In this document: positions 1 through 9,216 of the stretch, one piece after another | Numbering within the stretch: the stretch's first letter is position 1 | Layout of the letters: every line of letters starts with the position of its first letter | From: Thermoflexus sp. | GTDB lineage: Bacteria; Chloroflexota; Anaerolineae; Thermoflexales; Thermoflexaceae | Direction: 5' to 3' | Assembly (NCBI GenBank): GCA_041641155.1 | Contig: JBEPYX010000001.1 | Coordinates: forward strand, 1 to 40,223 | Length of the DNA stretch: 40,223 nucleotides | The notes under the pieces: generated by a model | What the model saw: only the letters and a program-made list of their open reading frames with translations | What the model was told of the DNA's origin: nothing | The model's database searches: none | Made by a program: the position numbers and the translations under genes

Positions 1-2
1 CG

Positions 3-1394
3 GAAGGCGCGCTTCGGGCGTTCACGGCCGCGGGGGAAGGCGAGCCGGATCCGCTGGATCAGGCATGCTGGGCGCTGGGCTGGGAGCGGGCAGAGCCCTT
101 GTGGGTGGAGCGTGTCTCCCGACCATCCAACCTTCCACCGATCTTGCGGCAGGAAAGCCGCGGGCGGGCGCTGGGGATCCTCCCGATCCGTTTGGGGGAA
201 GAGACCGTGGGGATCGCGTGGCTGGCCTTCGCCCAGCCCCAACGGGTGTCGGCATCCGAGCAATCGCTCGCGCGCCTCATCCTCAGCCAGGCCGCGGTGT
301 TCATCGCCCGGGCCCGCCTCTACGAGGCCGCCATGGCCGAGCGCGAGCGGCTCCGGGCGGTCCTGGAGAGCAGCCCGGACGTGCTGCTGATGATGGACGC
401 CCGGGGCAATCTGTTGTATTTGAACCCCGCGGCGGAGCGCTTCCTGGGCCTTGAATCCCCCAAGGCCCTGGGGCAGCCCGTGGTCGCCCTCCTTCGGGAT
501 GCCGAGTTGCTGGAACTCCTGAACGAGCCGATCCCCCCCGCCCAGATCCAGAGCCGGGAGTTCAGCCGGCCGGACGGCCGGACGTTCTGGGCCGGGCGCT
601 ACGACCTGCGCCTGGGGGACGGCCGGGAGATCGGGCGGCTCCTGTTCGTGCGGGACATCACGCCTTTCAAGGCTCTGGACCGCCTGAAATCGGACTTCAT
701 CGCCGCCATCTCCCATGACTTGCGCTCCCCATTGACCTATGTGCGGGGGTTCGTGACGATGCTGGGGATGGCTGGCCCTCTGACCTCTCGCCAGCGGGAA
801 TACATCGAGAAGATCATGGGCGGCATCGATCAGATCACCCGCCTGATTGAGGACCTGATAGACCTGAAACGCATCGAGGAGGGGATCGGCCAGCGCGGGA
901 TCTGCCGCATGAGCGACCTCCTCCGGGATGTCTTCCACGAGCTGCGCCCGCACGCGATGGCCCGCGGGCTCCGCATGGTGATGGAAGTGAAGGGCCAGGG
1001 GATCGTCCACGGAGACTCCGCCTGGCTGCGTCGGGCAATCGTCAACCTGGTGGACAATGCCATCAAATACACCCCGGAAGGCGGGACCATCACCCTAGGC
1101 CTTCTGGAACAGGGCGGAGAGGTGGTGATCTGGGTGCGGGATACGGGGGTGGGCATCCCCCCAGCTGACCAAGCACGGATCTTCGAGAAGTTCTACCGGG
1201 TGCGCCGCAAGGAGACCGCCCATATCAAAGGGAGCGGCCTAGGATTGGCGCTGGTCAAATCCATCGTGGAATGGCATGGGGGGCGGATCTGGGTGGAGAG
1301 CCAGCTGGGACAAGGCAGCACCTTCTATCTGGCCATCCCCGCCGCCTCGATCCCTTCCTCTGCTCCGCCCGCTCAAGGGACGCGGAACCGATAG
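3..1394 (+). CDS. Sensor histidine kinase (GAF-like, PAS, HisKA, HATPase), 5'-truncated by window edge
   Basis: Frame is open from position 3. H-box AISHDLRSPL, N-box NLVDNAIKYT, G1 DTGVGIP, F-box IFEKFYRV, G2 GSGLGL; PAS segment LLYLNPAAERFLG...VRDIT. Confidence 0.93.
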   Translation, partial: EGALRAFTAAGEGEPDPLDQACWALGWERAEPLWVERVSRPSNLPPILRQESRGRALGILPIRLGEETVGIAWLAFAQPQRVSASEQSLARLILSQAAVFIARARLYEAAMAERERLRAVLESSPDVLLMMDARGNLLYLNPAAERFLGLESPKALGQPVVALLRDAELLELLNEPIPPAQIQSREFSRPDGRTFWAGRYDLRLGDGREIGRLLFVRDITPFKALDRLKSDFIAAISHDLRSPLTYVRGFVTMLGMAGPLTSRQREYIEKIMGGIDQITRLIEDLIDLKRIEEGIGQRGICRMSDLLRDVFHELRPHAMARGLRMVMEVKGQGIVHGDSAWLRRAIVNLVDNAIKYTPEGGTITLGLLEQGGEVVIWVRDTGVGIPPADQARIFEKFYRVRRKETAHIKGSGLGLALVKSIVEWHGGRIWVESQLGQGSTFYLAIPAASIPSSAPPAQGTRNR

Positions 1395-2080
1395 CCTACG
1401 TGGCGGATGGTCTCCAGATACTGGGGATGGGCCGGATCCTCCTCCAGAATGCGGCGAAGCCAGTGGATGTGCACATCCAGGGTGCGGCTGTGGACGGGGG
1501 ACTCTGTGCCCCACACCCAGCGCATAAGATCACGCCGGGGGACCACATGGCCGGCCCGGCGCATGAGGATGGACAGCAGACGGCATTGCTTAGGGGTGAG
1601 GCAGTAAATCGAATCCCCCCGCTGCAGAACCCTTCGAGCGGTGTTCAGCCGGAAGGGGCCGACCTCGATGAGATCCTCCTCTTCCTCAGCGCCCCCGGTC
1701 AGCAGCGCTCGCACTCGATGCAACAGGCGTCGCGCGGAGAAAGGGGCCACGAGGATCCCATCCCCCTGACGCCCCCATAAGGCCGCCGATTCGCGATCCA
1801 CAATCAAGAGGATAGGCGCCCGGACCCGGCGCTGAAGCCGCTGGTAGAGCTCAATCCCAGGGGAGGCCCGCAGGCGATCCAGGATCACCAACGCAGGCCC
1901 CTGCCCGCTCACCGCGCCCGGAGATCGCCGAGCCCGCAGGGTGGCGAGCAAAGACCCCACCGCGATCGTGTTCACTCTGAAGCCGCGGCGCCTCAAAATC
2001 TGAAGGAGGTGGGCGTCCGGCGCGGACCCCTCAAAGACGACCCACAGGGTGGGTTCTCCATGCTCGGATGTCTGAACCAT
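1373..2080 (-). CDS. OmpR/PhoB-type winged-helix regulator with degenerate receiver domain
   Basis: C-terminal LTPKQ..LL..L, SRTLDVHIHWLRR, ETIRHVGYRF; receiver keeps LVILD but has APF instead of KPF. Confidence 0.85.
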   Translation of the reverse strand: MVQTSEHGEPTLWVVFEGSAPDAHLLQILRRRGFRVNTIAVGSLLATLRARRSPGAVSGQGPALVILDRLRASPGIELYQRLQRRVRAPILLIVDRESAALWGRQGDGILVAPFSARRLLHRVRALLTGGAEEEEDLIEVGPFRLNTARRVLQRGDSIYCLTPKQCRLLSILMRRAGHVVPRRDLMRWVWGTESPVHSRTLDVHIHWLRRILEEDPAHPQYLETIRHVGYRFRVP

Positions 2081-2203
2081 CCAAACATTCCCCTTTCATT
2101 CAAGCTCATGCAGACAAGGCACCTGCCTACTCTGGCGACGAGCGAAGCGAGAGGAGCGCCGCCCGCCGAAGGCCCCTCCGTGCTCCCTCGATCCATGCCC
2201 TGT

Positions 2204-3073
2204 CTACGCGGGGGGGAACAGATCCCGCTCGATCGGCTCGCCGGGCTGGAACGGAGGGAAGGCCCGATGGAAAGTTTCCACCCCCCATAGCATGCGCCGC
2301 GCGAACGCTGGCAGGCGAAGCCGCCCGGCCCAGCCGCCGCCCTGGCTGCGATGGCAGGCGGCAGCCCGCTCCTTCCGCTCCAGCACCGACCGGACGTCGA
2401 TCCGCGTGGTGACCGGGGGCGCCGCCCGAAGCGCCGCTTCTAAATCAATGTCCCGATTGCGCCCGAAGTGACGGAGGTCAACCCCGCACATCCGCAAAAC
2501 CGCCAGAACCAGCCGGAACCGCTCCAGTGGGAACGTCGTGTAATACAGACGGGCCGGGCGGTGCGGCGACAAGCCTTGGGCGCGATGCTCCGGGAACGCC
2601 TCCGGATCCCCTGCTCGGTGGAAGGCTTCCTTCATCGCCCGATGCATGAAGATATGATCCGGATGCCCATATCCTCCGTAAGGATCGAAGGTCAGCACCA
2701 CCTGCGGGCGGATCCGGCGGATCAGGGCCACCAGCTGGCCAACGAGCTGCTCGAAGGGGGCGCGGATGAACGCCTGGGGATGATCATGATCAGGGGAACC
2801 TGGCATCCCAGAGTCCCGATAACCCAGGAGGTGCAGGCCGTGGATCCCGAGGGCCTCGACGGCACAACGCAACTCCGCCTCCCGCAGCGTCCCCAGATCC
2901 CCTCCCCCTTCCATCCCCGGCGCGAGGATGCCGGCCTCCCCCCGCGTGGCGCAGATCAGGTGGACGGCGTAACCACGTTGCGCGTAGAGGGCCAAGGTGC
3001 CACCCGGGCCGAACGACTCGTCATCCGGATGGGCGAAGGCCGCCAGAAGCGTTCCCCGGATCACAGCGGCCAT
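2204..3073 (-). CDS. PIG-L family deacetylase (MshB/Mca/BshB-like)
   Basis: AHPDDE, TRGEAG, R..EL..A, YRDSGM, GGYGHPDH motifs; start moved to ATG 3073, overlapping the upstream gene end. Confidence 0.88.
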   Translation of the reverse strand: MAAVIRGTLLAAFAHPDDESFGPGGTLALYAQRGYAVHLICATRGEAGILAPGMEGGGDLGTLREAELRCAVEALGIHGLHLLGYRDSGMPGSPDHDHPQAFIRAPFEQLVGQLVALIRRIRPQVVLTFDPYGGYGHPDHIFMHRAMKEAFHRAGDPEAFPEHRAQGLSPHRPARLYYTTFPLERFRLVLAVLRMCGVDLRHFGRNRDIDLEAALRAAPPVTTRIDVRSVLERKERAAACHRSQGGGWAGRLRLPAFARRMLWGVETFHRAFPPFQPGEPIERDLFPPA

Positions 3074-3852
3074 GACGTCCGCTGCAGAACGCGTTGAAGG
3101 ATCGGAAAGCTCTCCTGGATCTCCGCCAAGCCCGGCATCTCCAGGATCAGCATCGGCCGGTTCAAGCATCGCGCCAGCCGGCTGAGGACCGGCTCCACGG
3201 GGATAACCCCCTGATTCAGCGGGAGATGCCGGTCCTGAACCCCTGTGGTGTTGTGCAGGTGAGCGTAGATCAACACCGGCTCTAGGATGTTGATCCAGAC
3301 GTGGATAGGGACCCGAGAATACAGGTAGGCATGGCCGATATCCAGACAGGCTCCGACATGGATGTGATTCACCCGCTGGATCACCTCCACCTGCAGGAAG
3401 GGATCCGGCTCCCACATGTTCTCCAAGGCGATCCGCACCCCCACCTCCTCGGCTTCGATGGCCAGTTCAGACCAGAAGGCGGCCTGGCGCTCCAGCCAGC
3501 GCGGGCGATAGGAGGGCTCATCCACTAGCGGGTTATAGTTCAAATGGAAATTCACCAGCCACGCCCCCAGCTCGGCCGCGATCTCCAGGGACTGACGGTA
3601 GCGCTCCATCGCCACGGCGGCGATGCGAGGATCCACGCTCCCGCTGAACAGATCCACAAAGGGGCCATGCAGCGAGATCGGGCCGGCGAACCCGACCAGG
3701 GCCCGGCGATAGCGCTGGAGCAGGGCGCGCCACTCCCCATCCAGGACTTCCGGCAGAGCGAACTCCTGGAGCTCCAGACCCAAGCCATGGGCCTCGGCGA
3801 AGTTCCGAAGGGCGGGTAGATCTTCCAGCCGCCCGCAACTGATCCCGATCAC
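3061..3852 (-). CDS. Sugar-phosphate isomerase/epimerase (AP endonuclease 2 / xylose isomerase-like TIM barrel)
   Basis: HGPF.DL, ALEN, CLDIGH, HLHN, D.HLP..G, ILE metal-binding motifs. Confidence 0.85.
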   Translation of the reverse strand: MIGISCGRLEDLPALRNFAEAHGLGLELQEFALPEVLDGEWRALLQRYRRALVGFAGPISLHGPFVDLFSGSVDPRIAAVAMERYRQSLEIAAELGAWLVNFHLNYNPLVDEPSYRPRWLERQAAFWSELAIEAEEVGVRIALENMWEPDPFLQVEVIQRVNHIHVGACLDIGHAYLYSRVPIHVWINILEPVLIYAHLHNTTGVQDRHLPLNQGVIPVEPVLSRLARCLNRPMLILEMPGLAEIQESFPILQRVLQRTSWPL

Positions 3853-4046
3853 GGACCCTAATCCGCTGGATCTATCTTCGATTTTAACTCAGCGAAAACA
3901 GGTGTGGGGGATCCCCCTACTCTCGGCCCTCGCCTCCCATTCATCGCGGCGGCTCCTGAGGGGAGGCGAATCGCCATCCCCTCTCTTCCTCTCGTCCCGC
4001 GGGCCGTTCTCGTCTCCGGAGGGAGGAATCCATACTTCAAAAAGAG

Positions 4047-4075
4047 TTGCTAAGTGCTTCCACGCTTGCTAAAAT
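4047..4075 (+). promoter_or_regulatory. Sigma70-type promoter of rpsO
   Basis: TTGCTA-17 bp-TAAAAT with extended -10 TG, in an AT-rich island. Confidence 0.7.
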
Positions 4076-4130
4076 ATAAAGTCCGGAGTTGAGACCCACC
4101 ATCCTGAATCTCCACCGGGAGGAAGGTGCA

Positions 4131-4400
4131 GTGAGCCTTGCAAAAGAGGAGAAACAGCAGCTTATCGAGATGTTCCGGCGCCACGAAGCCGACACCGGGT
4201 CGCCGGAGGTCCAGATCGCGATTTTGACGGAGCGCATCAACCGCTTGACCGAGCACCTGAAGCAGCATCGGCACGATGAACACTCACGGGTCGGGCTGTT
4301 GAAGCTGGTCAGCAAACGCCGGCGGCAGCTGGAATACCTGGCCCGAGTGGACCCCCAGCGCTACCGCATGGTGCTGGAGCGCCTGGGGCTGCGCAAGTGA
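4131..4400 (+). CDS. rpsO: 30S ribosomal protein S15
   Basis: [32 protein letters not shown]; a GTG start after GGAGGAAGG gives the canonical 89 aa. Confidence 0.98.
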   Translation: MSLAKEEKQQLIEMFRRHEADTGSPEVQIAILTERINRLTEHLKQHRHDEHSRVGLLKLVSKRRRQLEYLARVDPQRYRMVLERLGLRK

Positions 4401-4632
4401 ACCCACCGGGTTGCCCGCCTGTCGCCCCGGCACACGGCTCCCCGGCGGTCTCGGCGCCCCCACGGATGAGGGGGCCAGGCCCGTGCAGCCCAACCCGGCA
4501 GACGGCGCGCGTCCAATCCCAGTGGAGCGGGAAGCATCTACGGACCTTCGTAAATCACCTTCGTTATGATGGATGCATGGGGGAACCCTGCATCGGTCCC
4601 CCATATCTCCCCGGAAGGGAGTGGAGCGAAAC

Positions 4633-6858
4633 GTGAGGCGAGAAAAGTATATCTTTAAAACAGTCGTCGGCGATAAGGAGATCACCATCGAAACGGGTTA
4701 TTTTGCCTGGCAGGCCAACGGGGCGGTGATCGTTCGTGTCGGCGACACGATGATCCTAGCCACCGCCACGATGGCGAAAGAGCCGCGGGAAGGCATCGAT
4801 TTCTTCCCCCTGAGCGTCGACTTTGAAGAACGGCTCTACGCGGCCGGCCGGATCCCCGGCAGCTTCCAACGCCGGGAGGGGAAGCCCTCGGAGAACGCCA
4901 TCCTCACCGCCCGCCTGGTGGATCGCCCCATCCGCCCCCTGTTCCCGAAGGATCTCCGCAACGACGTCCAGATCATCTTGACCAGCCTATCCGCCGATCC
5001 GGAATACCATCTGGACATCCCCTCCATCATCGCCGCCTCGGCCGCCCTGACCATCTCGGATATCCCCTGGTTCGGGCCGATCGGCGCGGTCCGCGTGGGC
5101 TACATTGATGGGCAGCTCGTCATCAATCCGACCGTCAGCCAGATGGAGCACAGCCGGCTGGACCTGCGGGTGGCGGGGACGGCGGACGCGGTGATCATGG
5201 TGGAGGCGGGGGCGAACGAGATCCCCGAGGACCTGATGGTGGAGGCGATCCGCCTGGGCCACGAGGCGATGCAACCGCTGATCGCCCTCCAGGAGGAGAT
5301 GCGGGCAGCCATCGGCAAACCGAAGGCCTCCTACCGCTCCTTCACGATCTCCGAGGAGGTCCGCCAGGCCGTCCGCGCCCGCCTCAACCACCAGATCGCC
5401 GAGATCCTGGACACCTACTTCGACAAGGACAAGCGGAACGAGGCCCTGGACGAGCTGGAAGAGGAGATCCTCCAGGCCCTCTCGGAGTATGAGCAGGCCC
5501 AGGTGAAGGAGAGCTTCCACGAGGCCCTGCGGGAGGAGGTCCGCCGTCGCATCCTGGAGGAGGGCCGCCGGCCGGACGGGCGAGGGCCGAAGGACATCCG
5601 GCCGATCTGGTGCGAGGTGGACGTGGCCCCCCGGGCCCACGGCTCGGCCCTCTTCACCCGGGGCGACACCCAGGTCCTCTCCGTCGCCACCCTGGCCACC
5701 CTTGCGGAACGGCAGGAGCTGGACACCCTCGCGCCGGAGGAGACCAAGCGTTACATCCACCACTACAACTTCCCGCCCTTCTCCACCGGCGAGGTGCGGG
5801 TGCTGCGGGGCGCCTCCCGGCGGGAGATCGGCCACGGCGCCCTGGCGGAGCGGGCGTTGCTCCCAGTGATCCCGCCGGAGGAGGAATTCCCCTACACCAT
5901 CCGGGTGGTCAGCGAGGTCCTCTCCTCGAACGGCTCGACCTCCATGGCCAGCGTGTGCGGCTCCACCCTGGCCCTGATGGACGCCGGCGTGCCGATCCGC
6001 AAGCCGGTCTCGGGCGTGGCGATGGGCCTGGTGACAGCCGATGAGACCTGGCAGAAATACGTAATCCTCACCGACATCCAGGGGATGGAGGATCATCTGG
6101 GCGATATGGACTTCAAGGTGGCCGGGACGGCCGACGGGATCACCGCCCTCCAGATGGACGTGAAGATCAGGGGGCTCCCCGACCGCGTCCTGGCCGAGGC
6201 CCTGCACCAAGCCCGGGAGGCCCGGCTCTACATCCTGGAGAAGATGCTGGAGGTCCTGCCCGCGCCGCGGCCCGAGCTCAAGCCGCACGCCCCGCGGATC
6301 TTCACCGTGCACATCCCGCTGGAGAAGATCGGCGCCCTCATCGGCCCGGGCGGCAAGACCATCCGCAAGATCCAAGAGGAGACGAACACGCAGATCGACA
6401 TCGGGGAGGACGGGACGGTCTACATCGCAGCCACCAGCCTCGCCGACGCCGAGAGCGCCCGCCTCAAGATCGAGGCCTACGCCGAGGAGCCGCAGGTGGG
6501 CAAGATCTACCTGGGGAAGGTCATCCGCATCACCGATTTCGGGGCCTTCGTGGAGATCCTCCCCGGCGAAGTGGGGATGGTCCACATCTCCCAGATCGCC
6601 GACCAGAAGGTCAACCGGATCGAGGACGTGGTGCGGGTCGGCGATCAGATCCTGGTCATGGTCACCCACATCGACGAGGACGGCAAGATCCGCCTCTCCC
6701 GCCAGGCGGTGCTGGAGGGGCTTTCGGTGGAGGAGGCGCAGCAGCGGGATCGCCTGCTGGCGGCGAAGGTCGCCCCCAAAGGTCAGGGGAAACCCGGCGA
6801 GGAGCGACCCTTGGCCGGCCGCGTGAAGATCGTCAAACGGGCCTCCGGCAGGCATTAG
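4633..6858 (+). CDS. pnp: Polyribonucleotide nucleotidyltransferase (PNPase)
   Basis: [50 protein letters not shown] (IGPGGKTI) and S1 domains; follows rpsO; GTG start 4633 (4621 possible). Confidence 0.97.
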   Translation: MRREKYIFKTVVGDKEITIETGYFAWQANGAVIVRVGDTMILATATMAKEPREGIDFFPLSVDFEERLYAAGRIPGSFQRREGKPSENAILTARLVDRPIRPLFPKDLRNDVQIILTSLSADPEYHLDIPSIIAASAALTISDIPWFGPIGAVRVGYIDGQLVINPTVSQMEHSRLDLRVAGTADAVIMVEAGANEIPEDLMVEAIRLGHEAMQPLIALQEEMRAAIGKPKASYRSFTISEEVRQAVRARLNHQIAEILDTYFDKDKRNEALDELEEEILQALSEYEQAQVKESFHEALREEVRRRILEEGRRPDGRGPKDIRPIWCEVDVAPRAHGSALFTRGDTQVLSVATLATLAERQELDTLAPEETKRYIHHYNFPPFSTGEVRVLRGASRREIGHGALAERALLPVIPPEEEFPYTIRVVSEVLSSNGSTSMASVCGSTLALMDAGVPIRKPVSGVAMGLVTADETWQKYVILTDIQGMEDHLGDMDFKVAGTADGITALQMDVKIRGLPDRVLAEALHQAREARLYILEKMLEVLPAPRPELKPHAPRIFTVHIPLEKIGALIGPGGKTIRKIQEETNTQIDIGEDGTVYIAATSLADAESARLKIEAYAEEPQVGKIYLGKVIRITDFGAFVEILPGEVGMVHISQIADQKVNRIEDVVRVGDQILVMVTHIDEDGKIRLSRQAVLEGLSVEEAQQRDRLLAAKVAPKGQGKPGEERPLAGRVKIVKRASGRH

Positions 6859-6882
6859 GCATTAACGGTGCAGGCGCACATA

Positions 6883-6926
6883 GAAAGGGGGCGGGGCGGA
6901 AGGCGGCCCCGCCCCCTTTCGCTTTT
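6883..6926. terminator. Probable bidirectional intrinsic terminator between pnp and the convergent L,D-transpeptidase
   Basis: 15-bp inverted repeat GAAAGGGGGCGGGGC / GCCCCGCCCCCTTTC followed by GCTTTT. Confidence 0.8.
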
Positions 6927-6961
6927 CCCCGCCTGTCCGGCAGTAAGGTTATGGAAACGCG

Positions 6962-7951
6962 CTACGGTTGCACCACCACCAGCGTCCCCACATCCGCCCA
7001 CTGATAAAGCTGCTCGGCGACGGATGTCGGGAGGTTCACGCAACCGTGGCTCATCGGCCGGCCGAAGTTGTTGTGCCAGTAGGTGCCATGCAAAGCATAG
7101 CCCCGGTGGAAATACATCACATATGGGACGTCCGGCAGGCGATAGCCCGGCCCGGTCATCGTCTGCGTGCGCCGCTTCAGGTAGATGCGGAAGGTCCCGA
7201 CCACCGTGGGCGTGCGAGCCCGCCCGGTGGAGACCTTCGTCCGCAGGATAGGCGTTTCCCCCTCATAGGCGATCAGCTCCTGGTCGCTAAGATCCACCCG
7301 GATCCAGCGGCCGGGCCGCAGCGGCCATCCCGTCGGGGTCGGCGAGGCCGCCGGACGGGGCCGAGACGGCGCGGTCGCCGGCGGGTTCAGATCCTGCGCC
7401 CGCCCCATGGTCGGCGTCGGAGCGGGAGATGGACGGGAGGGGTGTGTCGGAACCCAGGAAGGGAAGGCGGATGGCGAGGCCATGGCAACCGCTTCACGGG
7501 CCACCGCAGAGGTGGAGCGCTCCGGGCTCCGCCCTCCCGGATCCCCGCGGGCATCCGGAGCCTGCTCCGGCGCCCCGGCGACCGGAATGCCCGTGGGGAT
7601 CCCCTCCTCGAACGCCCCCAGATCCCATCCCGCGAGCCCCCGGGCGATGAGGAAGAGCGCCATCACCGTCAGCAGCCCATAGAAGAGGCCCACCGCAATC
7701 CCCCAGCGGGGGCGACGCGCAGGCGGACGTCCTCGGACGTTCGGACAACGCTTCCGGATCCGTCGGAGCACCGCCCGGATCGCCGGGTCGGTGGGGGCGA
7801 GGGCATAGGCCCGGGCGGCCCACCACAACGCCTCCTCCGGGGAGGCGGCCTGGAGCGCCCGGTGCGCCCACCGCAGCGCTTGAAGCTCCGAACGCTGTGC
7901 CTCAGGGATCATCGCGCCCTCCGATCCACGCGCGATGGACCGAACGTCCAT
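6962..7951 (-). CDS. Membrane-anchored L,D-transpeptidase (YkuD domain) with Pro-rich linker
   Basis: WIRVDLSDQ.L..YEG, VSTG...TPT..G.F, ALHGTYWHNNFGRPMSHGCVNL catalytic motif; TM helix GIAVGLFYGLLTVMALFLIA; start uncertain (7978/7951/7912). Confidence 0.9.
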   Translation of the reverse strand: MDVRSIARGSEGAMIPEAQRSELQALRWAHRALQAASPEEALWWAARAYALAPTDPAIRAVLRRIRKRCPNVRGRPPARRPRWGIAVGLFYGLLTVMALFLIARGLAGWDLGAFEEGIPTGIPVAGAPEQAPDARGDPGGRSPERSTSAVAREAVAMASPSAFPSWVPTHPSRPSPAPTPTMGRAQDLNPPATAPSRPRPAASPTPTGWPLRPGRWIRVDLSDQELIAYEGETPILRTKVSTGRARTPTVVGTFRIYLKRRTQTMTGPGYRLPDVPYVMYFHRGYALHGTYWHNNFGRPMSHGCVNLPTSVAEQLYQWADVGTLVVVQP

Positions 7952-7978
7952 GCATCCCACCTCCACGGAGGGAGGCAC

Positions 7979-8836
7979 TCAACGGGGCAGGCGCAACCAG
8001 ACCTCCCATCCCGTCCAGCCGGCTTCCCCGCCTGAGCTCCCGCATGGCGATGCGGCCAGCTCGATCAGCGCCGGCTCCGGGCTTTCGATCCCCAACCGGT
8101 AGATCCCCCGGGGCGCCATGCGGACGTCCGCATACCCCTCCCCCATCCCGGGTTTCAACCCGGTCAGCAGGGTCTCCGTGCCCTGGGGCCCGCTCACCCA
8201 CAAGCGCACTCCCGATCGTTCCCGTCCATCCGGGCCGAGGACCCGAATCCGCAGGAGCGGCGTGGGTTCACATTGGGCCCGCTGCTCCACCACCTGGGCC
8301 GCCGAGGGCGTCGGGGTCGGGCTCACGGTCTCCCCAGGGGTGGGGGAAGGGGTCGGGGAGGATTCCGGGACCGGGCTCGGCGTGGGCGATGGCGAGGGCG
8401 TTGGGGAAATCGTGGGGGAAGGCGTCGGCGTAGGAAGCACGGTCGGCGACGGCAACGCCCGCGTGGGAACCGGGGTGGCCAGGACGACGGCGAGGGCGGG
8501 GGATCGCGCCCCCAGCTGCTGGGCCGCCCGGGCCAAGGCGCGGACCGTCCTCTCGGGCCAGTTCTCCAGAAGGCCACGCTCCACCAGACCCTCGACCCGA
8601 TCTACCAGATCCGGCAACGCCAGGGCCTCCAGGCGCCGGCGCAGCGCCATCGGATCCCCCTCCGCCTGGTGCGCATCAGCCGCGAGCACGATCCAAAGAT
8701 CCTGATAAGGCGCCGCGAGGTCGGCCGGGGAGGACCGACCCGGAGGCGGGGGGAAGATCTCCCAGGCCAGATACAACCCTCCCCCCAGGCCAGGGAGGAA
8801 GCCGATGAGGAAAGCGAGCACGAGGCGCCGGCTCAC
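7979..8836 (-). CDS. Uncharacterised membrane-anchored protein: TM, helical SPADL domain, Pro/Thr/Ser linker, C-terminal beta-rich domain
   Basis: GTG start 8836 overlaps the upstream TGA (GTGA); N-terminal hydrophobic helix; PTPTPSPT linker; two Cys flank the C-terminal domain. Confidence 0.75.
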   Translation of the reverse strand: MSRRLVLAFLIGFLPGLGGGLYLAWEIFPPPPGRSSPADLAAPYQDLWIVLAADAHQAEGDPMALRRRLEALALPDLVDRVEGLVERGLLENWPERTVRALARAAQQLGARSPALAVVLATPVPTRALPSPTVLPTPTPSPTISPTPSPSPTPSPVPESSPTPSPTPGETVSPTPTPSAAQVVEQRAQCEPTPLLRIRVLGPDGRERSGVRLWVSGPQGTETLLTGLKPGMGEGYADVRMAPRGIYRLGIESPEPALIELAASPCGSSGGEAGWTGWEVWLRLPR

Positions 8837-9210
8837 GGGCGGCCTCCGGCCGGCTCGGAGGTGGGGCGCTGCAGCGCGCGCAGGAGCTCCGCGATCGCGG
8901 AGCGGGCAGCGGGGGACATCGATGCCGCTGAGCGCTCCGGGAGCCGTTGCAACACTTCGACGGGATCGCCCAGGAGGGCAAGGCGGGCCCGGGCGAGGGC
9001 CAGATCCTGATCCTGGGCGTAGGCCAGGGCGACCATCCGCACATACTCCGCCTGCCATTGGGGGTGAAGGTCAGCCGGGGATACATCCACATAGCGCACC
9101 GGCCAGACGAACCGTCCGGCGAGGAAGCCAACCCCGATGCCGACCCAAAGCCCCAACCCGAGCATCCCGATCACCACCTTCCATCGATGCATCGCCATGC
9201 CCCGAACCAT
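8833..9210 (-). CDS. Uncharacterised small membrane protein, paralogue of the N-terminal domain of the downstream gene
   Basis: Gly-rich TM helix then WPVRYVDVSPADLHPQWQ..Y..MVA.AY..DQDL..A..RL..LG; tight spacing in the operon; exact start uncertain. Confidence 0.75.
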   Translation of the reverse strand: MVRGMAMHRWKVVIGMLGLGLWVGIGVGFLAGRFVWPVRYVDVSPADLHPQWQAEYVRMVALAYAQDQDLALARARLALLGDPVEVLQRLPERSAASMSPAARSAIAELLRALQRPTSEPAGGRP

Positions 9211-9216
9211 CGTGGA

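Noticed and set aside
8300-8480. Repeat array or CRISPR-like periodicity
   Set aside because: Degenerate codon repeats of a Pro/Thr/Ser linker, with no identical repeats or spacers
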